Shown: one piece after another, positions 12,598 to 25,239 of the stretch | Position numbering within the stretch: position 1 is the first letter of the stretch | How the letters are laid out: each line of letters opens with the position of its first letter | Assembly: GCA_051294375.1 (NCBI GenBank) | Contig: CM119265.1 | Coordinates: forward strand, 21,328,278 to 21,392,277 | Direction of reading: 5' to 3' | DNA: 64,000 bases | Source of the DNA: Paraspadella gotoi | Lineage: Eukaryota; Animalia; Chaetognatha | The notes under the pieces: generated by a model | The model's input: only the letters and a program-made list of their open reading frames with translations | Database searches by the model: none | What the model was told of the DNA's origin: nothing | Translations under genes and position numbers: made by a program

Positions 12598-13322
12598 CTG
12601 AAAATTTTTCTGCTGTCCCACCTTTACCTATGCTTATAGGGTAGTTGGTGGGTAGCCAGGTGACGTAGGCGAGGGCTGGTATGCAAATTTTTTGCTGCTG
12701 TCCACACTCTACTAAGGCGTCACTGAGTGTAGTGGTGTACAGCGTGTGCGCGGAGCTAGCGAGGGCTGGTATGAAAATTTTCTGGCTGGTGGCGCACCGG
12801 TTACGTATGGCAAATTCAGTAGTGTAGTTGGTTCACAGAGTTGGGTCTGGTAGCGAGGCTGTATGAAGGATTTGTTAAGCTCTGGTGCCACCGTTACTGA
12901 GTGGCGTGTCATAGGGTGAGTGGGGTTATCAGGTTGGGTAGCGCAGGGCATGGTATGAAATTTTCTGCGTGTCCACACTTACTAGGTGGCTTCAGTAGGG
13001 TAGTGGTTACAGTGGGTAGCGGCAGGCTGTATGAAATTTCCTAGCTGTCCACCTTTACTATGGCTCATAGTTTGTATGGGTTAGCAGGGTGACGGTAGCG
13101 AGGCTGTATGAAATGTTGTTCTGCTGTTCCACGCTTACTAGGCGGTTCATAGTGTGTAGTGGTTACAGCCAGGTGGGTAGCGAGGGCTGGGATGAAATTT
13201 GGGTCTGCTGGTCCGACCTTTACGTATGCTTTCATAGGTGTAGTGCGTTAGCAGGGGTGGGCTAGCGAGGCTGTAGGTGACAGATTTTTCTGCTTGTCCA
13301 CGCTTACTATGGCTTTCAGTTA
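12598..13322. repeat. Degenerate tandem satellite, about 9 copies, apparent period about 80-90 bp
   Basis: GCGAGG(G)CTG(G)TATGAAATTT...GCTGTCCAC..TTACTA recurs at about 12670, 12760, 12853, 12941, 13019, 13098, 13180 and 13265. Confidence 0.85.
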
Positions 13323-14351
13323 GTGCCCCCCCCACCGGCGTGGCGGCCCGCCAGTCCCGCCAGCCCTTTTCGCCTCTACCTAACTCACGAACAAACACCG
13401 GCTTCTTTTTTTTTTCAAAATAAACCAATAATTTCTTTTACTTAATCCTCTAATTTGAATCTGTAAGTATTTATTTTCATGTTTCAATAAAATTCTTTAC
13501 TATCTTATCCTCAACTCTCACCCAATTCCTACTAATCGTTAACCCTAATTCAAATCCCTAATCTTTAATCCTTCGCCATAATGCCTAACCTAATTCTCCA
13601 TTCTCCAACTTTAACCTAGTCTTTTAACCCTTAAAAAAACTAAAGTTAAATATAATTTTCACAATTATTAAAATGACATAACAAATCGCTAACAAAACCA
13701 TTGAGTAAAGTTTCTACAAATTAACACGAATCACGTATGACCAGAGTAGAGAGAGTCCTTCCAAGTTCCTCGTGTCCAATCAAGATTTCTCAAATGATTA
13801 CTTGTTTTCTAGAAATCATATGTCGTAGTTTTAAACCAAAGAGCGAAGACGACGACATACGGCGTTCAAGCTGCCTCGCTACATTGCGCCCCACGAACCT
13901 TACGCTTTGTTCCAACCGCTTGAAATCAGCCAATGACCCAGGGATAAGCGCGCTTGAACGTACATAGTCACGTGATTTGTGAATTAGCGCGTGCAGACAA
14001 AAAATCACGGGTTTTGACCAACGAAACGCGTCGGAGGTCGGAAGGGGGGGCGCGGTTTCAGTGTAGAGGGATTGTGTGTCAGTGGAAACGGGGGGGGTGA
14101 ATAAATGCAACGAGGTGCAAAAGGGGCCGAGGTGTGAGAAGGGGACCACGAATCAGAATAACGAAAGGAGATAGCGGACTCAAACGAACCCGTAGTCGCC
14201 CGTCGCGGGTTAATTTATCCCACGGAACCGATTGACCGACTGACCGAAAAGACAAAGGAGATCGTATCTTTCGCGTTAGCAGGTGGAGGAAGAGGAGGAG
14301 GCGGCGCGGGATGTTCCATTTACAGTCGGAGTCATTTCGAATCTCGTTAAC

Positions 14352-15160
14352 CTTTGACCTTTTTCGCGCGAGGAAGGAAGATTCGGCCTGCGAGGTTCGC
14401 CACCTTCGTCGGCGGCGGCTAAGTAGTTGGCGGCGGCAGGGGCGACGGCGGCGGCGGCGAATCGTTGGGTAAATGCGAGTAACCTGCATCTTTGACTTTG
14501 TACGAAAAAGTCCACAAAGACGAAGAAATCGGTGGTAGTAACGGAAGACCTGATTCGGCAGACTGTGGAAATCCGTGAAGCAAAGTCTGAATTTCAAACA
14601 AATCTGCATTGCAAAGGCTGAAGGCCTGAAGTAGAAAGGACATGATGAACTATAATACTATAGAGAGTTTTTTTTCTTTCCTTTTTTCTCTTTTTTTTGT
14701 TGACTGATCCAAATTAAGTCAGCAAGAGACGACTTTCGGAATCGTCGAAATTTAATATACGATAGATGAAAGGTTTTTGTTAACAGATGAATTTTTTATG
14801 ACGGTGAATTATCTGATGAATGATGAGAAGGTGATCTTCTGAAAGACTAGAAATTATTGACGCCAGAGAGGGAGCAAAAGAGGAAGAGAGAGAAAGAGAG
14901 AGAGAGAGAGAAGAGTAGAGAGAGAGAAGCGGACTCCCATTGGCGCTTTGGTGATGTAAAGATTAGCATATAACGACGCAATCGCCTCGTCTTTATTTTG
15001 GCTGACGACGACGAAAACAACGATGGCGTCGGAACGATTGTCTTTGGTCTTGCACATCTTTCAGCTTTCTGATCCTCGCCTCGACACCCTTACCACCTGC
15101 TAGTCACAACCAGGCCGACAACTCTCTGTCATCAGCGTTGTTACTTATTACATTCTAATT
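14352..15160 (+). repeat. Duplicate of the retrotransposon flanks lacking the insertion (empty-site copy)
   Basis: 14352-14760 matches 15230-15650 and 14761-15160 matches 23231-23570; the junction TAATATAC-GATAGATGAA has a single ATAC. Confidence 0.9.
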
Positions 15161-15651
15161 CCCCCATTTCATCTCCTCTCCTTTTGTGGGGTGTGGTGCA
15201 TGGTNNNNNNNNNNNNNNNNNNNNNNNNNCTTTGACCTTTTTTCGCGCGAGGAAGAAGATTCGGCTCCTGCGAGCGTTTTCGCCACCTTCGTCGGACGCG
15301 CGCTAAGTAGTTTGGCGGCGGGCAGGGGCGACGGCCGGCGGCCGGCGAATCGTTGGGTAAATGGCGAGTAACCTGCATCTATGACTTTGTACGAAAAAGT
15401 CCACACAAGACGAAGAAATCGGTGGAGTTACGGAAGACCTGATTCGGCGACTGTTGGCAACATCCGTGAAGAAAAGTCTGAATTTCAAACAAATCTGCAT
15501 TGCAAAGGCTGAAGGCCTGAAGTAGAAAGGACATGCATGAACATAATACTATAGAGAGTTTTTCTTTCCTTTTTTCTCTTTTTTTTGTTGACTGATCCAC
15601 AATTAGTCAGCCCAAGAGACGACTTTCGAATACGTCGAAAGTTAATATACC

Positions 15652-15954
15652 TGCTGGCAGCAAAACAACACGCGCGACCTTATCAGATCAAGAACCATAG
15701 CCCAAAATCTATTCTTCTCACTTCAATCGCTGACCGTCACCACGCATCAGTAACTCTCCTTCCCGGCTGTTCCTCAGCCAGCTTCATTGTAAGTTATTGT
15801 TACTGTTTTAGAAACTTAGGCCATATTATCATGCCTTCGTTTGATTATTTAAATGACTATTTGTTTGAACAATTAGGAGACATATAACTTACAATGGCTG
15901 CTGAGGTCAGTCCCGGTGCTCGAACTGAACCTCGTCCCGTTTACTTGGGCCACA
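15652..15954 (+). repeat. 5' LTR
   Basis: Shares GGCAGCAA..CACGCG(CG)ACCTTATCAGATCAAGAACCATAGCCCAAAA...TTTACTT..GCCACA with the 3' LTR. Confidence 0.9.
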
Positions 15955-16479
15955 CGGTAGAGTCGACTGACCCTGGAAGTGACACAGTTATATATGAAGA
16001 TAAGACGATAAACAGACAGAAAAGAAAAAAATTTTGATAGATATTCAACCCAGACAGACAGAGATTTAACAGCGTTTTTAAAGACTTCGTGCATTTGTTC
16101 TTTATCCTTTGCGAGTTCTTTTGATTTTCTGTTAGATTGGCACAACGGATATCCCGCGTGTATAATCATCCGTGTTTGCTTTTTCCATCGTTTTCCTTCG
16201 TCGCGCTTTGCTCTATGTGTGCAATTCGTGTACACAGTGAACCAGGTAAGTGAGAGAAGACGTGGCCTTCAGCGATCTTACAGCCAGACTCCTATACTAC
16301 CCTTCGAGACTTCGCCGCTCTTCGCACATCCAACGTCTTGCCATACGCTCTCGCGGTACGGTATAAGCCAAGAGAAGACGATTGTATGCGGCCTGCCAAC
16401 GAAAGAAATACAAATAGACGTGCGAAGAGCGCACAGAACGAGCACCGTCGCCGAAAGCGTGAACGACTGACGCGTCCCT

Positions 16480-17380
16480 TTTGTAGGACGCAGAGCGACT
16501 GTACCACTTGAGATATGCTCCAAGTGCCGTCTGTCTTGATACTCGAGTTTTGCCAGAGGTTTTCCTGTGAACAGTGGTCGAGGAGGTCAAAACAAAACCT
16601 TCGACACTCAGAGAAGGGCAGGTGCGCAATGAACCTTGTGCTGGGGCCAAACTCACCAGCCTGGTCCTGTCTGAGGCCGACATCATGCCGTGGATAGCTG
16701 GATGGAGTGGCCCTCAGCAGGGAATCGAGACGTTTGCTCTGCGCCCACTACGAGCATGAGAGCGGAGGAAGAGCTTTTGGTCTGCCCAACCGCAACCCAC
16801 CACAAGTGCTCTCTGCCGGAGGCGTTCCGCAGTCTCTCTCCAAGCGGCGGCGGCCCCTGGTGAGGCTGACCTGCATTCAGCGGAGTTCACTGTCCCGAGA
16901 CGCCACGCGAAGCCGTCCAGAGAAGCTCCCGGCGTTCGGACCCCAGACATATCGTGATCGACTGGAAGTATGTGATGTGACTCAGACCGACTCGCCACTT
17001 GCGACTGCTTTCGAACATGTCTCCGAACGTGTTTTTCAGTCACTTACTTACGTGCGTTGGACATCGGTAAGGCCCTCATAAGCCCCGTCGCCCGCACCTG
17101 ACACCAGAATGCCTGCTGGACCTGCTGTGCTACGCATCCCTGGCAGACCGGGTGTTCTATGCGGCGCACTAAGACCCCAACATTATGCGCCAAGATACGT
17201 ACCAGGTATCGAGGCGGGCAACCTACCAATCTCGAGTCTTTCCGATTCACCCCACCTCGGAGGCCGCGGTCCTATCTAGATGAAAGATCAACCGGCCCAA
17301 CAAGGTGGTGCCTCTTAGGCCCACAAGTGCTCGCTGAGGATGACGGCGTGATTAACGAGGGAGCCGACCCCTGCATCCCA
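16480..17380 (+). pseudogene. Probable gag remnant
   Basis: GC-rich region after the 5' LTR; only faint fragments resembling KPS-type and C-x2-H...C-x2-PC motifs; heavily frameshifted. Confidence 0.35.
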
Positions 17381-20109
17381 ACACCTCGCCCGCTACTCCT
17401 CCGGGTCTCCCAACGCAGTCGGAGATCTTCTATCTATATTAGGATGAACATCCTTTGTGCGCCATCGCTATACTTTGGCGCACCGTGCGCGTGCGCGTGC
17501 GTGCGTGGCGCGGGATCCACGTCCAGAAAGAAGACGAGAGCCTTCGAACTGCTGTTGAGCGCACAAGCGGGCGTTCCACCCCCGCTAGTGTCCTATCTCT
17601 ACCTGTTCCGCCGGACTGGAGAAGTGGACCTAAGCGTTCCCCGATAGCGACCCAAGGGTTGCACGGAGCACTGCTAGCCAGTGTCCGATGGACGACGCGT
17701 GTCCTACGAGCTCCTCACTATTCCACCCTGATCATACTGACCAGAACCAACTCCGGACGAACCTGTGAGGCCCCGGCACCGGAGAAGATTGCCCGCATGA
17801 CACGGAATCTGAGTTCCCCAGCGTCGCCTTCACAGGTTGTATAAAAAATATGCAATGGCACGTTAACCCAGGGACCCTTTCAAAAACCAAAAACGACACT
17901 TGCACGTCCTGAGCGAAAAGCTCGGGATGACTAGTCACACGTGGAGCAATTGCGCCGTCATGGCGCGTGCATATGCAAAAAACCGCCCAACGCCACAGGC
18001 AAAGCTCCGTAGCGACCACCACTCACAAGTTTTCGTACTCATTATATCCGGCCGGCTCACCTATCCTGCGTGTAAGATAGACCTGGTTTGTGTCAATACC
18101 ATGGGCAGTTGAGCCATCCGCCTATGGCAACCTAGCCCAAGTTTTTGAACGACCGGGCGAAAGGTGCGCAACCTCATCTCGAGGACAACAAACCCTGTTC
18201 CACGGCCAGCAGACCCAATGGAGGGTTCATGAGGCAGTCAGAACGCGCAACGTCGGCGCTAAGCAACTACCACATACTTCCATCCGTCGATTCCTCTAAG
18301 TTCACCGGCCTTTAAGACTATTTCCCTGCCCTCGACTGCTCCCTCCGGATTAATAGCCGCTGATGATCGACCGCGAAAGAGATTACATCAATCCGCTTTC
18401 CACCTACCGTCCAACCCCCTCCGAGCAGAGCCCGTTCGCAGCTGTTTAGAGTGTTGTGCTCGCCTCAGCCCTGCGTCGACCTTCCCGGCACCGCGGCTCC
18501 GTGAGACTAACATTCGGCACCTATCTGTCCCATATGACCTCTTTACTCAACTTTTCTGCTGGGGCTCTGTGTCACACGCCCACCCAACGCGGCGTGTCGT
18601 GCCTACTACTACTGTCTGCGTACTATTGGTTGCGTGCTCGTATCTACCGTCGTATCCATGTCGCACATATAGCCTCCCCAGCTCTCGTTCTTGCTCTCGA
18701 GTGTAATACGTACTGTACACTCGCTGGAGGTTATTAAGTTTGAGCGCAGATGCGGGCCATCTATCACAACAGCCCAGCCCGCTGTTCTCTTTTGGTCATA
18801 CTCACCCCTGCAATACATATAACACACACATATACGAGTCGCAGCGTGTACTCATGAGACTGCCTCTGTCTCTCCTCGTCATTTGCTCCCTCGATACACA
18901 ACTCTTATCGATCCGATGCATGGTTCACACATGTATTGCTTACTCATAGTAATGGCAACATACAGACTATTGCAACTATGTCAGATCGTGAGCTCTATGC
19001 GCCGCCAGTGTCTCCCAAGCGCGCACTCGACCCGTCAGTGGTGTACAGTAAGCTCTTGTAAGCGCCGACGGGCCGTCTCTCACATCGGACCTACGGATGG
19101 CTGGAACGAGATGTCACGATGCAGCCTTCGATGTGCCAGAAGATTCTACGGTGTGTCACAGAGAAGATTTTGGTTTTCTCTTCAAATGTCAGTCTTACTT
19201 CTTTGGGAGCGGTCGGGAGTGGTGTCTGGGACTTTATGGAACGCTGGAACATTTACGCTCGCACCGCTGCCACGCCCACCCCGTCTGCGACGCTGAGCCA
19301 CTTTGGAGATCAGTCCTAGTAGCGCTCGATGAGCACTAAATACAACAGCTGTGCGTCACAACGCCCGATGGCCCTTCCGGTAGTCAGAGCATTGTTCTTG
19401 ATTGATTGAGCCTGCGCGACCAGACCTGGTGAGGGCGCAACTCGGTCTGTGGGTCGACCATTCACGGAAACGCCGCATTTCCTGCGCGCCACTCAACCTT
19501 GTTATATCGACTCTGTGCGAGAGCGTCATCAAGCCGGCCATCGCGGCAAGTGCCTGTGCGTCGGCCGGCCTGGAAGGTACGCATCTCTCGACAACTTGAC
19601 TGGAGCATTTGCGCCAGCCCATGTTGCTCCTTCTGAGCGACTCAGTGCCGCTACTCATCACTGTTGGTTATTGAGGCGAATCGACGCATCGCAGAAGAAG
19701 TCTGACGTAGGCACTGTCGAATCATCAGTGATTGCTCCTATCTTGCCAATCGTTCCTATCCGAGGTTGAGGCTCACGCCTTTCTCGCTCAAGCAATCGGC
19801 GCTATGATGCATTAAAGTTCACCGGATTTTGAGTCTGGCATACCGACAGATGCGCCTCTCCTCTGCCGCGTTCTCACGCCCGCGCCAGAACGTCATTCTG
19901 CGCCCTCCTGGCTTGCATCCGAGTCTCAGACCTCTTACTTGCTGCGCTGCAACAAGTGCGTCAGAGGTCTCAAAAAGAGAGGGAGTGTGATGCGGGACGC
20001 TACGCCTCATTTTCAGTGCGCGCTTGCGCTCTTCCGGTCTATGCATCCCACATCTAACGCTGCGAGCGCTCGTCGACATACCATCGACGCTGGACTCCCT
20101 CCTGACCCT

Positions 20110-20800
20110 CTCTTATAGGTGGACCTTAGCCGGCGCCTAATGGCGCCCACGTTTGACGGTACCGTCTATCCAATTCCGCCACCTCACTGGACTCAATGCA
20201 GACATAGTCGGGAAAATAACCCAGTCGTTCTCCAGATCGATCTCTGCCAAAAGGATACATCAAATCCCTGTTGCAAAGAGACCAGCCACAAGACTGCCAT
20301 CGAGCGAGCCCCTGGAACCTCTGCTGAGTTCGGACTTCATGCCATGTGGGCTGAAAAGAGCAGCCAGCCACTTCCAGCGAATGCAGTAGGATCAGCTGCT
20401 CTAACGGCTCCCGCATGTCATTCATCTACTGTGGTACGCACCTCGCGTAGATCTGCGCTGGCGTGGGTCCCGATGAAAGAGCCACTCTCGTGACAGATCT
20501 CCAGGGGTGTCTCGAACAGCACTTTCGCTGATAATTGGCCTCGCCGAGAGTCAACACGCAGCCAAACTGTGTCTTGGTGCCCCCAGCCTGAATTTTCTAT
20601 CGCAGCTTGTACCTACGATATTGACGGCATTAATGGCATCCGCCGCCACTATCCTAGCTAAAGGTTGTTAGGCGATCGCGCAACACTGCACTCTACGTCC
20701 AACCTCATCAAGTGTGCCATTGAGCTGCATGCCGGTCCTCGGCATGCTGAACTATACCAGGCGCTTGCATCCCGCACGCGGGCTCATCACCTTGACCGAC
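20110..20800 (+). pseudogene. pol reverse transcriptase region (frameshifted)
   Basis: RRL..YPIP, FS.IDL, HQIPVA, KTAI, FMPCGLKRAASHFQRM (Ty3/gypsy MPFGLKNA.TFQR motif). Confidence 0.85.
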
Positions 20801-20959
20801 CGCTCTTACGACTTCGATACTAAGGGCGAAGCCGTGCGCGGCACCTTCTCGGACTGTTAGAAGACAAGGCAGTGTCGAGCATTCCAAGATATCGCTACGC
20901 ACTTCGACCAACGAGCAATCAGAATGCCCTCGCCGACGCCACACTCTTGGTCCACCCGT

Positions 20960-21335
20960 CGATGGCGCCCACTTCGCCCTGACTGTTGAGCATCCGACGT
21001 CGCGATTGGCGCCGTCTTGGAACAGCGCGTCGAGGAGGCATGGCAACCACTTGGTTTTTTCTCCGACGCTAAAAGCGCCTCGCAGACCAAGTGGCCTCCG
21101 TTGACAAAGAGCTGTACGCTGCCCATGCTGCCATCCGCCATCGGCCCACGTCGAGGGGGGGACTCGATTTCACACTCTTTAGCGACCAACATCTTCCGCT
21201 CGTCCCCCGCACTCCGGAAAAAGGCGGGCCACACACAATGCGCCAAACATATCAGCTTGCTGGATTGCAGAATTCACCGGCGACATTCGACAATCGCCGG
21301 AAAGTCAAACGTCGTAGCCGATGCCCTTTCCCGAC
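20960..21335 (+). pseudogene. pol RNase H region
   Basis: ASDVAIGAVLEQRVEEAWQPLGFFS, DKELYAAHAAIRH, FTLFSD, AGKSNVVADALSR. Confidence 0.9.
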
Positions 21336-21639
21336 ATGTGGAACGCCAAGCCACCTTGGATGGACTGGCGTCAGAAAGTCGAGACCTTGCCAACGGAGCA
21401 GAGGGCGCCCCAGAGGGCGCCCAACCCACGCAACAGACCAAAAAGCAACGTCGCAAGCCAGGACAAGAAGTCTCGCGGCAAGAGGACGTCATCGCCACCA
21501 TTAATGCCATTGGGACACGAGCGTCAACCTCGAGCGATGGCAGTGGAGCAATCAACTGATGTGGGTGCAGGCAACTTCTCACTGATCCCCATACGCACTT
21601 CGACTCAAAAGGTCAACATCGCAATGCCTCCATAATTTG

Positions 21640-22690
21640 TGACACTTCCAGTGCCGCGCACGTCGCTGGTCCCGGAAACATGGCGGCCCGTATTTTTGAG
21701 GCGACCCACAACGTTGTCACCCAAGCAATCAAAGATCCAAGAGCCTTGTAGCCAAGCGTTTTGTCTGGCCCTCTGTCTCAAGTGACCGTCGGCAGGTGGG
21801 CGGCAGCGTGCGACGTATGTCAGCGTTCCAAGTCCAGACACACATCGGACACCGCCTCCCAGTATTCCAACCACCTGTCAATACGGTTCGCGACACATCC
21901 ACGTCCGACCTCGTCGGCCCACTCCCTACCGGCGACCGGTCACACCACCTGCTAACTATCATCAATCGATTCACACGCTGGCCGGAAGTGGCGCCGCTGA
22001 GAGACACTACAGCTGCGACTATCGCCAACGCCTTCCTCCTCCATTGGGTCGCGCGATTTGGGTGTGCCCTCCGTCGTCACAACGATCGCGGCGCCCAGTT
22101 CACAGTCAGAACAATGGCGCCAAGTGGGCAACCATCGTGGGTTTCAACCCAGCAACCACGACAGCATACCACCCAAGCAAACCGGTATGGTGGAACGCCT
22201 TCACCGGACGCTGAAAGCAGCACTCCGCGCCCGATGCGATGCAGCTGAATAACTGGCTTCCAGCAGCTTCCATGGACACTTCTCAGTCTCCGCGCAACCA
22301 CCTCGCGACGATACAGATATTTCTCGATCCGGCGCGAAACTGACGCCTGGGGTGAGACGCTCGCCCTCCCTGGCCAGCTACTCCCAGTTCCAACGACCGA
22401 TGCAGATTGCCGCATCCCGTTCCCGCGTGGCTTGGGAGGAACTTCGTGCTGAGTCGCCCTGATGCAACCATTGCCGACGACATGGATTCTGCGCCAACCC
22501 CGCGAGTCCCAAGACGCTGGCCGACGCCTCCCGCATCTATGTCCGGCGCGACGGCCACATTGCACCCTCCAGCCGGCTCTATGACGGCCCTTACGATGTC
22601 ACAGAGAGAAGTGATAAGACGTTCAAAGTGGCGATTCAGGCGAGGTGGTGGAAACTATTTCCGGTCGACCCCTCAAGCCGGCTATTCAGG
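21640..22690 (+). pseudogene. pol integrase (HHCC, DDE core, GPY/F module)
   Basis: WAAACDVCQRSK; DLVGPLP...LLTIINRFTRWPEVAPLRDTTAATIANAFLLHWVARFG; DRGAQF; GMVERLHRTLKAALRAR; YDGPY near 22580. Confidence 0.92.
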
Positions 22691-22967
22691 GACCCTGATC
22701 TGCCACCACTGACGCCTCCGCAGGCGCCGAGGCGTGGCCGACCACCCAAGCCCCCCCCGCCCCTGCCTTCCAACGTCCTCCCACTCCACCTCCCCAATGT
22801 CGCAAGCAGTTCCCCCGCCTCCACTGGCAAACCCACGATCATCCCAATTATGCGGCGCCAAACGGGTCAAGTTCCTGCCTATCACATCTCCCGACAATGT
22901 TGCAACCACCGGACGAGATGAGAACGATCAATAACCTCGTCAGCCTTACTCCCCCTGGTCAAAGTCT

Positions 22968-22977
22968 GGGGGGGGGA
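22968..22977 (+). other. Polypurine tract (G9A) immediately before the 3' LTR
   Basis: GTCT-GGGGGGGGGA-TGTGTGGC. Confidence 0.85.
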
Positions 22978-23226
22978 TGTGTGGCAGCAACAAACACGCG
23001 ACCTTATCAGATCAAGAACCATAGCCCAAAATTATTCCTTCTCATCAATCGCTGACCGGTCACTCACGGTCATCAGTGACTCTCTCACGGCTGTCCTCAG
23101 CCAGCTCATTGTAAAGTTATTGTTACTGTTTTAGACTTAGCATTTTCTCTTGTTGATTTTTGTATTTGTTGTTGGAGAATAAATTCATTCTCGATCTTGA
23201 ACATCGTCCCGATTTTACTTGCCACA
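22978..23226 (+). repeat. 3' LTR
   Basis: TGTGTGGCAGCAAC...AATAAA (about 23178)...TTGCCACA, followed by the ATAC TSD. Confidence 0.92.
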
Positions 23227-23332
23227 ATACGATAGATGAAAGTTTTTTGTTAACAGATTGAATTTTTTATGACGGTGAATTATCTGTGAATGATGAGAGG
23301 TGATCTTCTGAAAGAAATTATTGACGCCGAGA

Positions 23333-23364
<32 letters not shown>

Positions 23365-24019
23365 AGCGACCCCCATGTGGCGCTGGGATGAAGATTAGCA
23401 TTAACGACGAATCGCCTCGTCTTTATTTTGGGCGACGACGAGAAAACACGATGGCGTCGGAAGGATTGTCTTTGGTCTTCACATCTTCACTTTTACCCGC
23501 CTCGACACCCTTACCACCTGCTATCACACCAGGCCACAACTCTTCGACATCCTTTACTTATTACATCTATTCCGCATTTCACCTTTCGCCACCCTTCCCC
23601 AGATCACTATTTCCCTCCCTTCTCCCCCCCCTTCCCCCCTTTCGCCATCTTCCTCCCCTCTCCTCCCCCCCCCCCGGTGTCACCGGAGCCTGCGTTCGGC
23701 GTCCCCTTCAATTTCGCGAGGCTAAGCTACGATTGTTACGTCTAAACCCGACTCCGCCGCCCGCCGCGCCGCAGCCCGCCGCAGCCCTCCGCCGCTTCCG
23801 TCGCCGTCTTTTGAGTCGCAAATCGTCGGCTCCGTCTCCTCCACTCTGAGGAGCTCGAGTTCCCCTCCGCACCCACCCTTCCTTCCACCTCGCCTCATAC
23901 CACCTCCACTTCCACCTACCCTCTCCCCACCTCCCCCCCATCGAAACCCACCCGTCGACACTTCGGTCGTTTGACGGAAAAGGCCGTTACTCTGATTTTG
24001 TCACTTTCCCGTCGTTACT

Positions 24020-24410
24020 CCTCCCTCTCGTCTCAATTCATCCATTTCCATCTTCATCGGTTTTCTTTTTCCTCCTCTCGTCCTCAATTCTCCATTTCCT
24101 TTTTCATCTTCTTTTTCCTCCTCTGTCCTCAATTCTCCATTTCCTCTTCATCTTCTTTTTCCTCTCTCTCGTCCTCAATTCTGCCAATTTTCCTTTTTCA
24201 TTCTTTTTCCTCCCTCTTGTCCTCAATTCTCCATTTCCTCTTCATCTTCTTTTCCTCCTCTCAGTCCTCATTCTCCATTTCCTTTTATCTTCTTTTTTCT
24301 CCTCTCGTTCTCAATTCTTCCATTTCCTCTTCATCTTCTTTTTCCTCCCTCTCGTCCTCAATTCTCCATTTCCTCTTCATCTTCTTTTTCCTCCCTCTCG
24401 TCCTCCCTCT
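24020..24410. repeat. Pyrimidine-rich tandem repeat of about 45 bp, about 8 copies (Glu-rich on the minus strand)
   Basis: CTCAATTCTCCATTTCCTCTTCATCTTCTTTTTC recurs at about 24083, 24128, 24174, 24222, 24267, 24310 and 24357. Confidence 0.85.
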
Positions 24411-24905
24411 ATTTCCTCTTTTTCTTCCTCTTTCTCTTTATTTCCTCTTTCTCCTTTTTTTCTTCTTCCATTATTTCCCTTTCTTCCTCAATTTTCCTAC
24501 CACAGATTCCTTTCTTTTCTTCACTTTCAATTTTTCCTCCTCTTTTTCTCGTCAGTTCCTCGACTTTCCGAGCTCCTCTTCCCGCTCCGCCTTGCTCCTA
24601 TTTCTTCACCTCATAACTCCTTTCTCCTCCCCTCATTCCCCCCGCTCCATTCCTCCCCTCTCTCCGTGTGACACTTCGCTTAGGGGTAATTCTTCCTTTC
24701 AGACATCTGAGTTTTCACGCCCTCCATGGGCCATAAAACCGACCATTTTGTCACCGAGGAGAGAAAAGGAATCAGAATTGATCACCTTCTCTCTCTTCTC
24801 TCACTCTCTCTCTCTCTTTTGCGAGGTCTCTTTCTTTCTCTCTCACTCTCTCTCCTGCTTTTTTTATTCCTTCTTTTTTCTCCTCTTTTTTATTTTGCAA
24901 CTTTC

Positions 24906-24950
<45 letters not shown>

Positions 24951-25239
24951 TCTCTCTCTCTCTTCCACTCTCACAGAAGTTAAAGGTTTTTCTCGTTTTC
25001 TTTTTTTCATTTCTTTCTTTACTCTCTTCCTTACCTTGTTTTCCTATTTTTTAATCCTATATCCTTTTTCGCATCATGAATCTCTCACAACGTGTTGTGA
25101 CATCATCGATTCTTATCACTTCTCACTTCTCACTCTCTCCGTCTCCCTTTTTCGGTCCCCAACCTCAAGTGTCTCTTCGCTCTGTCGAATTTCGATTAAG
25201 ACGACGCGTAAATTTCGTTTCTCCAGATTCTATTCTCGA

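Larger units (their letters stand above)
15652..23226 (+). mobile_element. Full-length Ty3/gypsy LTR retrotransposon (CsRN1/Kabuki/Boudicca-like), about 7.6 kb, internally indel-riddled
   Basis: Two LTRs with TG(T)GGCA...GCCACA ends; ATAC TSD at 15647-15650 and 23227-23230; poly-G PPT; RT-RNaseH-IN domain order. Confidence 0.93.

Noticed and set aside
12598-13322. Repeat-and-variable pattern resembling a CRISPR array
   Set aside because: The supposed spacers are homologous to one another, the context is eukaryotic and no cas genes are present; it is a noisy satellite
16219-19800. Numerous short ORFs on both strands inside the LTR element
   Set aside because: Fragments of frameshifted GC-rich gag-pol sequence, not independent genes
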